Assembly (NCBI GenBank): GCA_951406725.2
Contig: OX597818.1
Coordinates: 38,626,001 to 38,690,000, forward strand
DNA length: 64,000 nucleotides
Direction of reading: 5' to 3'
DNA from: Octopus vulgaris
Lineage: Eukaryota
The notes below the pieces were generated by a model. The model worked only from the letters and a program-made list of their open reading frames with translations. It made no database searches and was not told the DNA's origin. The translations under genes and the position numbers were made by a program. Of the stretch, positions 1-12,607 are shown one piece after another (within the stretch, counting starts at the first letter, position 1; each line of letters begins with the position of its first letter).

Positions 1-760
1 ATTACTTCGAGATTAAAGCCCTGTTTGATATGTAGAAATGATGTTGGTAGAAATTCAATTTGGTGTATCCAGTACAAGCTATGGACACATAAGAGGTGCA
101 GTGGAATCACAGGAAGGTTAACTGAAAAAGCCTTTGCATATGGCAGACGTGCAGGAACAATAAACATAAGAATTAGATTTGCTCAAATGCCCAGATGGTT
201 TCCTTGAGGTTGTAAATAATTTCTGTTACCTAAGTGACCAAATTAGCAGTGGGGGAGGATGCTCTGAAAGTATTGTTGCTAGAGTAAGAATAGGATGGAG
301 AAAGTTCAGAGAGATATTACCTTTGTTGGCAAAAGGCAGATTGTATGATGCTTGTGTATAAATGACTATGCTTCATGGTAATGAGATGTGGGCCCTGAAT
401 GCAGATGACATGCACAGACTGTAGAGGAATGAAGCTAGTGTGCTCTGATGGCTGTGCAACATCAGAGGGCATGTATGACAAGTACAAATGTGTGGAGAGA
501 AGTTGGGCATTAGGGTAACCAGGTATAGCATGCAAGAGAGATGACCATGATAGTTTGGTCATCTGAAGTATTTGAATGATGAGAACTGTATAAAGAAGTG
601 CTGATTGCTTAAAGTGGATGGCACTTGTGGAAGAGGGAGACCCAGGAAGACATGAGATGAAGTAGTGACAGCTGATCTCAAGATGCTGAGCCTCCCAGAG
701 GTGATGCCAATGGATTGAGATGTCTAGCAATATGAGATTCTTTAGAAGACCTGCTCCCCT
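1..760 (+). mobile_element. Degenerate RTE-clade LINE, 3' part of RT ORF (PHD-like finger, thumb and C-terminal region)
   Basis: Frameshifted peptides CLICRNDVGRNSIWCIQYKLWTHKRC, LEVVNNFCYLSDQISSGGGCSESIVARVRIGWRKFRE, KGRLYDACV, GRPRKT-like 3' end; same family as 59405-60445. Confidence 0.85.
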
Positions 761-1329
761 CAGGGAAACTGAGTTCTGGAAGTGCTGTATATTCTACCAA
801 CAAGTAGCAATAATTCACACATCTCATACCAATAAACCAAATTACATCTTTTCTTCATGCATTATGCTTGTTTCCCCACCCAAAACCTGCAACCCAACAT
901 CACTTGGTTATCCCTCTTTCTTCTCCTTTCCCTGCCAACTGTATAATTGCTATCCTGTTGCCTCCCCCTACACACCTGTGGTTAGCCACCCACTGCATTC
1001 CTCCCTTTCCATCTCCTCTTTCTCTTTTGTCCTTTTGTGAACTCCTTGCACAAACACTCTGGGCAATCCTCAGTCATTCCATCTACATTCATCTCCTTGT
1101 ATCTTGAGAGCATGCCCTGGCATATCACTACCATCTCCTTTGCTCTGTTTCTCTCCCTCACTCTCTTGCTTGCCCTTTCTCTCTCTCTCTCTCTCTCTGT
1201 GTCTCTTTCTCTCTCTCCCACTGACTGGAGTAACTATGTCTACAGTATTAAAACTGAAAGTATTATCTCACATTACAATAGAGATGATATTGTTTCACTC
1301 TTGACACATAATACTGAAATAGTGTAAGA

Positions 1330-1504
1330 GATAAAAGATTGTTCCAGGCTTGCATTAGGCAAGAAGTTGAAAATGTTTTTGGCCCATGACACTTCATGGA
1401 CTCTAAGTAAGGCATGTGTAAGATTTGAATGAAATCAGTTGGGTAGTTCTTGAGTTTTAATGATGCATACAGACAGACATACATACATTCTCAGTTTTAT
1501 ATAT
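1330..1504 (-). mobile_element. Probable non-autonomous Helitron-like fragment (5' end)
   Basis: Ends in ACAGACAGACATACATAC..CAGTTTTATATAT on +, the same terminal style as the clean Helitron at 20065-20463. Confidence 0.35.
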
Positions 1505-2094
1505 TCATTACATAAATAATATTTTCAAGATTAAATAAAAAGACAACAAATGGAAAATATGACCTACCTATATATATATGATTAAAAAACGTATGGTAAA
1601 TAAATGAACACATTCTAAATACACAGGCAGATAGAAAACATAGTCAAATGCAATTTCAGCCATTATTGATAATATTTCTTCCACTCTGAAGGCACCTACA
1701 AGAAATTTGCCAGGAATCGGACCTAAACATAGCAAAATGAAATGGGCCTGAGACGAGACCATTAGTGGATGGATGGGGGACAAAACAATAAACAGAATAA
1801 AGGCTTAAGGTTTCACAAAGACAACAATTAACAATGATAATACATAAATGTAAAACCTTGGGGCTGCAAGACAAAACAAAAATGGATAACACAAAGAAGA
1901 AATGAAAACTGACCTAAAGGACTAGACAGGAGGGTAGAGCGAGAATCTCAGAAAATCCTGTCCACTATGATTGAAGGCAACATGAAAAGAATGACACCAC
2001 TTTAGGTCATCATGGGTCAGGAGTGAGTAGACAAATGAAAGAAGGGTACTCAACACCTTTACTGGGAGTTACCTGTATGGATCAAAACAGTTTG

Positions 2095-3619
2095 ATTCAA
2101 ACTCTTTAGTATTCTGAGTTTCAAACATGGTGCTGACCTTTGGCCATTGGAGTTTGAATGAGAGGATGGTTGAAGAGAGTCAATGCTTATTATGGATGTT
2201 AGCCTGTGATTGGTTGAGAAAGATCATGTGGTATTGCAGTTTGATGTTGGTATTTCAGCGACAACAATTACTTTGAAAATACTGCACAGTTAAAAGGAAA
2301 TCGACTGCATGGTGCATATATCCACACATGGACACATACAGTGTGCAGATGTATATGCATATGCATGCACACTCATGTGCACGCGTATACTTGTGTGGTT
2401 ATGTACAAGGGGTGAGGGCATGTGCATAGACAGGCATGAAGAAGTGTTGGAGATTGCTGATTTGCGGTACTGTTCATGGGGGTTAGTTGGTGACAGTGAT
2501 CTTGGTGCAGGCAGGGGAAGCTGGTACTAAGGAGGCATATCCAGGTTGTTGGTGGCCAGTGGCTTGAAATTTACCAGAAGAGTATACCTTTGGTGGCAGC
2601 AACAGGATAGATCGTATTTCTTGTAGATGGATACTGCGGGTTGGTAGATGATATGCAGTTTTTCATGGAGGCAGAGCTGACAATTAGGGGCACCAGGTGA
2701 ATATGGTGATGTCCTGTTGACAATAGTCCACTCGATGCTGGGTGTTTCATCTTGGAGGTCATAGAATTTCCAGAGAAAGCACGACAGAGAAGTGGAGTTC
2801 TCTCTATCCCTGGATCTGAAAGAGTGTATGTGCTGGGAGTACATTCCCTTGAAGTCATTGGCTGTCATACCCATATAATGCCTAGTGATGCCATCGGATG
2901 GTGCAAGGGTGGCACTGTATACTACAGCCCTTGAGAGGCAGGATCCTTCTAGAGGACAGGTGATGGGATTTCGGCTGTTGCAAGTTGGGATTGAGGGTTG
3001 TGTGGATCATTTTTACGCCTGTTGATGTGTGCAATGTTGTCTAAGCAGGAGTAGCTCTCCTTAACATTATGGGGATTGAAGAGTTTGTAATACTATTGCC
3101 TTTGAGGAAATGTTTCTTAGTTAACGATAGGAAGCCCCTGGCTATGTTGGTAGAAACTTCTAGGTTAAATGGGAGGTTAGACCAGATAATTTTCCTTTTC
3201 CTAATTCTCTTGGAGTGAGGAGAGGGGGTTTGTGGATCGTCCACATATGTGAGCTTCTCAGAAAATCTGCTCTTAACCGAAGCATCCTTGTAGGGGGGGA
3301 GGGCAGCTCCATTAAATATTTCCCTATTGGAAGAGAGTTTAGATTCCCATTTGCTAATACCTGAAATCAGGTTTCTAATTACAAGGGTTGATTTCCTGTT
3401 CACCATGCAGTAATTTCCAGGTAATTGTTGTTGCTGAAATACCAACATCAAACTGTGACATTGCATGACCTTTCTCGACCAATTTCAGGCTAATGTTTGT
3501 AATATACATTGACTCTCTTCAATCATCCTCTCATTCAAACTCCAATGGCTGAAGATTAGTGCCATGCTTGAAACTCAGAGTACTAAGGAGTTTCAAGAAT
3601 GGTGCTAATCTTCAGCCAT
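2095..3619 (-). mobile_element. Penelope-like element (GIY-YIG), 5'-truncated, with inverted pseudo-LTRs
   Basis: RT C-terminus KLSSNREIF..RKRKIIWSNLPFN, Cys linker CNSRNPITCPLEGSCL, GIY-YIG-like VVY..YMGMT..FK and CQLCLHEK; 2095-2307 is an inverted copy of 3386-3593. Confidence 0.85.
3540..3590 (+). ncRNA. Candidate minimal type I hammerhead ribozyme motif in the Penelope pLTR
   Basis: CTGAAGA..GAAA core, stem III CTC-A-GAG, GTA triplet, imperfect stem I CTCCAATGG/CTAAGGAG; decayed copies at 2100-2152(-) and 3588-3619(-). Confidence 0.5.
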
Positions 3620-4027
3620 ATATATATGTATAGTGTAAAACATGCATGATAGTGCCACACAAAAGCACCCATGAAGTGTTGTGTAAAAACATCCAGCACA
3701 CTTTGTAAAGTGGTTGGCATTAGGAAAGGTATTGAGCTGTAGAAACCATGCCAAATCCAACTGAAGTCTGGTGCAGCTCCCCAGCTTGCCAGCTCTGGTC
3801 AAAGTGTCCACTCTATGCCAGCATGGACAACAGACATCAAAAAGATGAAGACAGGTGAGGGAACAACAAGCAGGTGTATTAGTTTGACATTCGAGTAGAA
3901 TGGAAAAGTGTTTGATCTTTGACAGAAAGCTTTGAAAGGAAAAAATGGAGAGAGAGAAAAAGAAGCAAAAACGGAGAAAAGAATTTGTAGGGATTAACAG
4001 TTCAATTTTCATATACATATAATATGC

Positions 4028-4060
<33 letters not shown>

Positions 4061-4229
4061 TATATATACAATAGGCTTCTTTCAGTTTCTGTCAACCAAA
4101 TCCACTCACAAGTCTCTGGATAGCCGAGGGTTATAGTAGAAGACACTTGCCCAAGGTGCCATACAGTGGGACTGAACCTGAAACCATTTGGCTAGGAAAC
4201 AAACTTCTTACTACACACCCACATGTGTC

Positions 4230-4281
<52 letters not shown>

Positions 4282-4718
4282 GTAATATAATATTATATTA
4301 CATTATATTATATATTAAAGTATATTATATATACACTTCCACCAATACACATGCATATGTGTCATAACTTATGATTTGTATTTTGTTTATTTGTATGTAA
4401 TGAACTAAATTGTACCTTTGCAATAAGGACTGTTTCTCTTGATAAAAGAGAAAGTAATCATCATCTTCATTGTAATAATAGGTTAAGGAATTTTACTATA
4501 GAGAAAGTAAAGAATCATAGAAATTATCAACAGTGTGATACAGGGCCAAAGAAAGCAAATGTACTACTATGGGAAAATATTTTGTCAGAGAATTCAGTTC
4601 TCTTCATTTTAATATGTTAGTTATAGCATTTTTTCTTAAACAAATTACTACTATTTTAAGACTTTTGTTCAGCTGTTTTCCATGATAGAAATCATGTGTA
4701 CAAATATTATTAGGTATA

Positions 4719-5090
4719 TGATCGTTGCCAGAGCGGCTAAGATCATTGCCAGAGCGGCTAACTGGCTTCCGTGCCTGTGGCATGTAGGAGGCACCATTCG
4801 AGCGGGATCATTACCAGCATCGCCTTACTGGCACCTGTGCCGTTGGCATGTGTGAAAAAAAAAAAATTCGAGCGAGGTTGTTGCCAGTACCGCCTGACTG
4901 GCCCCCGTGCCGGTGGCATGTAAAAGCACTCACTACACTCTCGAAGTGGTTGGCTTTAGGAAGGGCATCCAGCTGTAGAAACTCTGCCAGATCAAGACTG
5001 GGGCCTGGTGCAGCCATCTGGTTCACCAGCCCACAGTCAAACCGTCCAACCCATGCTAGCATTGAAAGCGGATGTTAAACGACGATGACA
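4719..5090 (+). mobile_element. (GAT)n-tailed non-autonomous RTE-type retroposon ('family R'), representative copy
   Basis: Internal ~55-60-bp subrepeats around GGTGGCAYGTAAAAAGCACC, core GTGGTTGGCRTTAGGAAGGGCATCCAGCTGTAGAAA, tail CGTTAAACGATGATG. About 20 copies, e.g. 21372-21600(-), 27355-27930(+), 27960-28140(-), 29880-30202(+), 30352-31050(-), 31763-32186(-), 37750-38165(+), 41087-41543(-), 46000-46393(+), 46803-47095(+), 47477-47770(-), 50648-50970(-), 58320-58813(+), 58818-59395(-). Confidence 0.85.
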
Positions 5091-5807
5091 TCTCTAAAAA
5101 GTTTGGAAAATGAAAAATATATCAAGATTTCATTCAAAATATATTTACCTCATCAATATAAAGCAAACTGGGACAATGATACAAGCAGCTTGTAAGAGTT
5201 TTCAGAACAGCATGCAGACCTAGTTTCAAATTTAACCATAGCTAACTGATAATTTTCTCTATCCGAGGCCAATAAAACAAGTTCTAGTTGTATGCTGGAA
5301 AAGGTGATGTATAGCGTTTATAGATCAATAACATTTGTTAATATCAAAGAATTTAACAAGAATTATTGAAATGAAAATGTTTCAGTCACCTTTAATTACA
5401 TTGTTTTTGCTTAACATGATTAAAGGTAAGTCAGTATGGTCAAGTTTATACTTCTCTAGCATTAAATTATACATTTCAGAACAGCATGCCTACATTAAAA
5501 TCCAGGTGATCAACTTTAAAAATGCCAATGAGATAAATGAATTCATGATAAGCAAAAATCTGAATTCGAAAAATATGAAAATAATGGACAAATTTAAAAT
5601 TATAACAGAAAAAAAAAGAGAAATTATTTTGAAGTCATTTACCTTTACTTTATACAGCATTAAATATTCCCTTACTGATGACAAACAATTTAGGGCTATG
5701 CCAGGTAGGAAATGGCAAGCAGAGAATACAGCTGGAAATCACAGATACAAGAGGCATGTGAAATGATACTGAAAATTGAACCTGCATTGCAGACTCAACT
5801 TGTTGGG

Positions 5808-5980
5808 AGATTTCTCCCCTCCATACACATGCAAGCATGTATCTGACTCATACACTGTTCACTTTCCAGACATTTGTATATTACTGCATATGCTTTATAC
5901 GCACCTTTGACAAGTTGTGGTGCACCGGAGCACTGTATACAATAATTTCATTATTATTATATTATTATTATTATTATTAC
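5808..5980 (+). mobile_element. CR1-type LINE 3'UTR fragment with (TTA)n tail
   Basis: Matches the 3'UTR and tail of the CR1 copy at 22690-22850. Confidence 0.85.
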
Positions 5981-6624
5981 CACTCTATGACACTCATACT
6001 AATTCCAGTTTCCCCGACAACATGAACAACAAAACCAACTTCTCTTGTATAAGCTGACTATCTTCTCAAGGCAGAAGGATATATGTTTTGAAGACTTCAA
6101 GAGGGATGTTTTGACCCGATCACCCAACTTATATTTGGTAATGTTAAAGAAGAGAAACCCTATGAAAATATAAACTCCAATAAATAGTTTTGAGTGTCAC
6201 CATCTTTGACTGTAGATGTGTTGGGTTGAGAATGATCATCATGGAGCAGTTAATGAATACCATTCAAATGGAGAACAAAGCAACTTCAATCTTCTCTACA
6301 CAGAACCTGAATGTAATGGTAATTCATCACTGTAAGTAGCAAGAGTGTCATGGGAATGAAAAGTGTTTCACAAATGTGAACATCTGGAATGGATTTAATG
6401 AAAATGAAGATTTATTCTCTGAAAGAAGGATGGTGAAACTACACAAAAGACAACAGATGTTCAACCAATTACTTCTATGTATTTCAAACAGTTCTATGTA
6501 GTTGAACTGTCCAATCAAAATTTCTTCAATAATACCCAATAACATTGAAAATGGGAACCATATATCTTAAATTATAAATTTCAGAACAGCATGCCTACAT
6601 TAAAATCCAGATGATCAACTTTAA

Positions 6625-6845
6625 CCCTTTCAATACCAACCCAGCTGAAACCGCCTCTGGCTCTGTAGCACAAATGTCTTGTTTTCAAAAGTTCTAAATT
6701 AAAATCTTCCACCAAACCTTAGTCACAGTTTATGTTCCTAAAACTAGTTTAATGCTAACTAAGTTATTTTACTAAATTCTTTGTAATATTTAAAATAATT
6801 GAAAGAAACACTGAGCATCTCAAAATAAATGCAGTAATGAAAGGG
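6625..6845. mobile_element. TTAA-specific MITE (piggyBac-type ends), family 1
   Basis: TTAA|CCCTTTCA...TGAAAGGG|TTAA; empty site at 5516-5519; second copy 44267-44839. Confidence 0.9.
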
Positions 6846-8535
6846 TTAAAAATGCCAATTAGTTATTTTGTTTAAGCAACTATCTTTGCACCACCAATAC
6901 TCAAGGCATGCTGATTGTAGACATAAAACAATAATATAGATAATGGTGAAATATAAAACAATATGAGATAAATGAATTCATGATAAGCAAAAATCTGAAT
7001 TTGAAAAATATGAAAATAATGGACAAATTTAAAATTATAACATAGAAAAAAAAAAGAAATTATTTTGAAGTCATTTACCTTTATCTTATACAGCATTAAA
7101 TATTCCCTTACTGATGACAAACAATTTAGGGCTATGCCAGGTAGGAAATGGCAAGCAGAGAATAAACAAACACAAGGTTACTGAAGTTACTTATGTATTC
7201 ACATGCACTGTCAGAATTTAAGATAAGTTGTGTTGTTAGAATTGAGCTCCGAGGGAGATAAAAGCTTCAGTTGATATGAAAAACAGAATGGAACATGTGT
7301 AGCAAACTAGTTGTTGGAAGTTTTTGTTGCTAAGGATACATACTTGTTATGTGTTATACTATGTATTATAGTTTTATTCCTATTCTGAAATGAAAATCTG
7401 ATCTTACTTCTTTCAGCTACTTTAGTTATAATTATAGAAGGATTAAAAGGGGAAATCAACAGGAATGTGGGTCCATGCAAACCTGAAAGATTCGTTATCA
7501 TTGAGGTGACAATTTAATAATAATAAAATGTGTGTAAACTAAGTAAATCTTCCTTCTCATAATAGACAGTAAAACTTTGAATAGCATGATGAAACTTTAG
7601 AAAAAATAGAAGATATCACAAATACAGAATAAAACTTAAAGATAATAGTTTAAGGTTATCTCAGGGGTTTAATTAGCCTCAGTAAAATATGAAAGAGTTA
7701 ATGAAATCATTATTAATGTTAATGAAAAACAACAGAAGATCTGTATTACTAAATTCTTTTGTTATCTAATTCACAGCTAGGTTGATTATGTTATCAAGAG
7801 ATCAAGTATATTGACCAAGGGAGCAGCACACTTCCAATAATGACTTGTAAGCTGATAGTTTAACACATTATCCACTTATAGTCCCTTATCTAAGCTATCG
7901 TTAATATTAATACATTACAAGAGGTAGTTAAGTATTTAAAACAGTAGAATACTAGATTAAGTAATATTTAGTTGTGTTCTGAACTCCAGCCCCTTCACAG
8001 GGTCAATTTTATTTTATCACACTGGGTTTGATAAAAACAAAGGCCCCTTATATACTGGAAGGGATTCAGCCAGCAATTCCTCTCTCTTACCAATTTATGG
8101 ATTTCTAAAGAAGTTAGAAATCATTATTATGATAAGATCAACAGGACTAAGAACAAACACTTTTCTTTTCAGCCAAGACCTTATCAAGTCCTTGTAATAT
8201 CATTTTGAGAGTAAAGTGAGGGTGGAAGTGGGGTTTACTGAATGGTGAACAAGAGTGATGGTGTGGTCTGGGTAGATGGATGGACCTACTCTGAGTACAT
8301 ACTTACAAGCCAGAAAACACAGCTGGGAAAAGGCACTTGCCTTTTGTAGTTAAGGTAATTCAGGATCTTTGGGGTTCCTGGAATGAATGTAGATCAGGGA
8401 TTCCTGACCATTTTTTATTTATGGACCCCAATGATTACTATTTTATTCTGGTGGATCCCCATAGCCACTCGATGTCTAAAAACTAGTTTTATAGAAACTC
8501 TTTTCAAAATTTCTATTATGTTTTTCACACATTAC

Positions 8536-8945
8536 GTGGTGGTAGAATGAGGAGGTGATGGATGTGATAGTGAGGAAGAAGGAGGTGCACAAAGCTTTAT
8601 GTAATAATGGGACTCAGCAAATGAAAGCCAGGTATAAGAACATGAAGAATCATGCAAAGAGGGTAGTTGCGAGATCTATGAGGAAGGGGGCTGAGGAGAG
8701 GTTGAGCGGGATGGATGAGAACCCAGATAGAGTGTTTAGGTTTATTAAATCAATGAAAAAAGATGGAAGAGATGTTGAGGGACGAAGATGCACGAGGGGG
8801 AGTGATGGAAGGTTGAATTTTAGTGAAAAGGACAGTGGAGGAGTTTGGAAGGAGCATATGGAGGGGATTTTGAATGAGGAGAATGAATGGGATCAGAGGG
8901 TGGAAGTTGCTGTGGTAAAGGGGCCAGTGGAGAAGGTTAGTTAAT
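8536..8945 (+). mobile_element. RTE LINE fragment (endonuclease-RT linker)
   Basis: 129-aa ORF ..VFRFIKSMKKDGRDVEG..WKEHMEGILNEENEWD..GP, typical of the region before the RTE RT. Confidence 0.75.
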
Positions 8946-10639
8946 GGGGGTGACCAGATCTACCTCAATACCATAGCAACCACCCTCACACCATCTCACC
9001 AATTTGCCTGGTTTTGGGCATCCTCCCTTCTCAAACCAACCCTCCCAATCTCCTCCACCTGTCCCCTCCACATTTTCCTTAGTCTACCTCACTTTTGCAG
9101 TCCATTTACCTCAAATTTACCTAAAATATCTGTATATTTTACATACTTATGTATAGTAGTGTTATGTTTGTATGTGTTTCACTGCATTTGCTGTATATAA
9201 ACTTCTGCATATAAATTCACTAACTTCCTACACCTAATTATTATCATAATATTTCAATGTGAATAACTCTCCTTGTTTCTCACTCTTCTTGAATGCAATT
9301 ATTATTGACACAGTGGTTGGACCATTGGCCATCCTGAACTGTCTAGAAATCTATTTCTTTATCAACATCTCTGATTATGGCCCCACCAAAAGGTCAGCCA
9401 GTTCATTGGCAATGGCTTATTATCTAATAGGGTGAACACATATCTCACTGGCATGCTGTTCCTTCTTTCTGATTTTTCTATTACAACTAGCTCAATGCAT
9501 TCATTTTTCTATTACAAGTCAGCTCAATGCATCCATCTTTCTAACCTCTTTATATTTCTATTGTGTTTCACCTTCTCAGACCTTGCCATAAACTTTTTAG
9601 CCAATCCTTCATGCTCACTGTTGTAGTTATCTGGAATTCTTTCTCTATTTATGTTGTTGTTTAGCTCCAGCTCAACCCTGATCTAGCAAACCTATCGCCA
9701 ATGTTATTCCAGTTGTGGCCATCCAGTTTTTTTAGGGATATGTCTCAGACACATTAGCAAGACACATTAATCAATGTATCTTTGCTATTTCTACATAACA
9801 TGAGTCAAGGGAAATTTAGCTACTATTTCTCACTTGCTACGTTCATCAACCCATTCATGTTCAAACTGAACATCAGTGATATTGATATCACAGTCTGGAA
9901 GGGCCTGTCCCATCTACTCTCACAAATTAATTAAAAAATGTGAGTAAAATGCTTAGGAATACAAGTTCTAAATTTATATGCTAACTCAGTCACTGTGTGG
10001 TGTTCCCACAAAACATTGGCTGAGAAATGCTTCCGCCTGCTTGTCAATTAATAACATTCATGGAAATAATTTTTCACCGGTGTTTCAAGGATTAAAGAAG
10101 CTAAGAAGGAAACATACCAACAATTTGTATTTGATTAGTTTGCTGTTACCAAGTGAGGTAGGTATTTAAAACCATATTGAGAATAAATGAGTTTAAAATA
10201 TCTAGAATATATCCCAATTTGTATAACCTGGGATATCAAAATCAAATTAACTGCCACTATACATTCATACCTCAGATCATATAGCTCTCATTGAGATAAA
10301 GAAAAAGTTATGCTTACTGTTTACATTAACCAGACTGGTTTCCTTCTTCTTGATTATTGTTTACATTACATTCTGGCTGTTATATACTGCAACTGTCTTT
10401 AGGAGTGTTGTGGTTCACCTTAGTGCTTTGCCCAGGATTGAACTCAGAACGTCTAGGTGACTGCATTGCATTAACCAACACCTTTATCCACTATGCTATG
10501 CCCTTAGGCAGATAGAGGGAGAATTATTAAGGTTTTATATAAACTGCCATTGATAAGTTAACTTGATAAAAGAATGACAAAATTTAACTGATAAATAGGT
10601 AGAGATTCCATATGGTATATTCAATGTAGAATCATTGCC

Positions 10640-11340
10640 AGGTGAACAGAGAAAGCAGATTTCGTATGCGGTAGATGTGCCGGAGTAATATTCATTCAGA
10701 ATGTCCAGGGAATAGATGCTTTCACTTGCACAGGAGGATCCATAGAAATAGTGAAAAGTTGCTTTTCCTTAGATGACATAATGAGTAATGGTGGGCAATG
10801 TTCTGAAAGTTTAGTAGCTAGAGTAAAAAAAATGAAGGTTGCAGAAAGTTTGAGGAACTAAAACTTCTGTTGGTGACAAAATGTTTCTCCCCCAAAGTAA
10901 AAGGCAGACTGTCTGATGCCTGTGCTTTAACTGCAATGCTAGATGGTAGTGAGATGTGAGCCCTGAATGTAGAGGACCTGTGAGAACTAAACAGAAATGA
11001 AACAACCATATGTTTCTAGATGTGCAATGCTTGTGTGGATGAACAACAAAATACAGTTTAAAGAGAAAAACTGGGCATAAGAGGAATTAGATATGATGAG
11101 CAAGGGAGAAGATTATATTGGTTTCACTGTTTGAAGCATACACACGAGGAGAGTTGTATAAAGAAGTGTCAACTGCTTATAGTAGACAAAAAAATGAAGA
11201 AAAGGGAGACCAAGGGGTTGGAATGAGGCAGCAAAGGCTGATCTCTGGATGTTGAGCTTTAGAGAGAGAGAGAGATAACAAAAAACTCTAGCTGATTGAT
11301 AATACACAGTGCTTGAGAAGACCCACCAAGTTATGCTAAT
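10640..11340 (+). mobile_element. Highly degenerate RTE LINE 3' fragment
   Basis: Relics of CGRC, SNGGQCSESLVARV, KGRLSDAC; collinear with 1-760. Confidence 0.7.
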
Positions 11341-11621
11341 ATTGGCATATGTGGAATCCTGAAAACAATGTGTTTGCACATAACTAAGATTGTGGAAACT
11401 TGTGTATGCACACTATGCATGCAACTGACTCTTTCAGTGTCCTTGTCAAGTCTAGAACTACCATTTGTCTTTCATTTCCTCATTCAGAAAACTAGGTCCC
11501 TCTCCTGAGCCCAACAGCATTCCCCCATATTTACTGTTTTTCCCTACTATTCAGTCCATCCACCACACTCCTATCTACTGCAAGCCATGAACTGAAAACC
11601 TGTTACTACAACGCATTTTTT

Positions 11622-12549
11622 TATATCCTGCTACAGGCTGGTATAGATAAATTAACCAGAGGAGATTTAATCAATGTGTTCACACAATGTACTTCATGAG
11701 ACTATCAAAACGCTCTTTCCAGCTATTACTGACCACTACCCTTTATAAGAGTTTCCCTAGTCCATTCTACCAATCTGCCAGGGGTGACAATGACTCTTGC
11801 CACAACATCACTCTCTTTGAAATTGACTTCTGTTGGAAGTTAATATTATCATTTTTATTTATTTATCTTTCTTTCATCGCATCTCCCTTTTTGAAATTTA
11901 GGAAGTTTAATATTTGTTCTGTTTAGGTACTACTTCCAACCATTCTGTTTGTTTCCTCTTCCTTGTGCTGCTATGACTAGGTTCGATTTCTTGTAGTGTT
12001 GGGACATCAAAGGTGTCATAGAACATTTCTGTGGGTATCACTTTTCTTTTTTCCGTATATCTATTGTTTCGCTGATCTAAATGATTTTTGTGTTCCTATT
12101 TTTCACCTCTTGTCATACATGTCATTTTGCCTATTCTTTTTGTTACTACTCCATCTTCCCAACTTTGTCTTCCATTTTTATATATTTTGAAAAACACTTT
12201 GTCACCGATGTTAAAATGCTTTGTAGTATTTTAGTGTTTTTCCTGTTTGTTTTTCTTACTGGTTGAAAATTGACTTTATTTTTAACAAGTTATTCAGAGG
12301 TGTTCTTAAATCGTGCATATTCAGTACTAGTAGAGATACCTGGTGCTGCTCGAGGTTAAAACGGCATAGTTTTTCATTGTTTTAATTGTTTTGGTTATGT
12401 GATTGCAGTCATGCTGGAGCACTGATTTTAGTTGAAAAAATCAACCCCAGGATTTATTCTTTGTAAGCCTAGTACTTATTCTATTGGTGTGTTTTTCCAA
12501 ATGGGGATGTAAACACAGCAACATCGGTTTTCAAGCGATGGTGGGAGTA

Positions 12550-12607
<58 letters not shown>

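Larger units (their letters stand above)
5472..7164. repeat. Local direct duplication (~255 bp; 5472-5728 vs 6578-7164, second copy interrupted)
   Basis: Near-identical TTTCAGAACAGCATGCCTAC...GGCAAGCAGAGAATA in both; second copy carries a 221-bp MITE and a ~105-bp insert. Confidence 0.9.

Noticed and set aside
5335-5766. 143-aa ORF and three AG/GT-bounded micro-exon candidates (5386-5425, 5480-5505, 5658-5704)
   Set aside because: No recognisable homology, the spliced product stops at once, and the region is AT-rich duplicated DNA; a lncRNA cannot be excluded without RNA data
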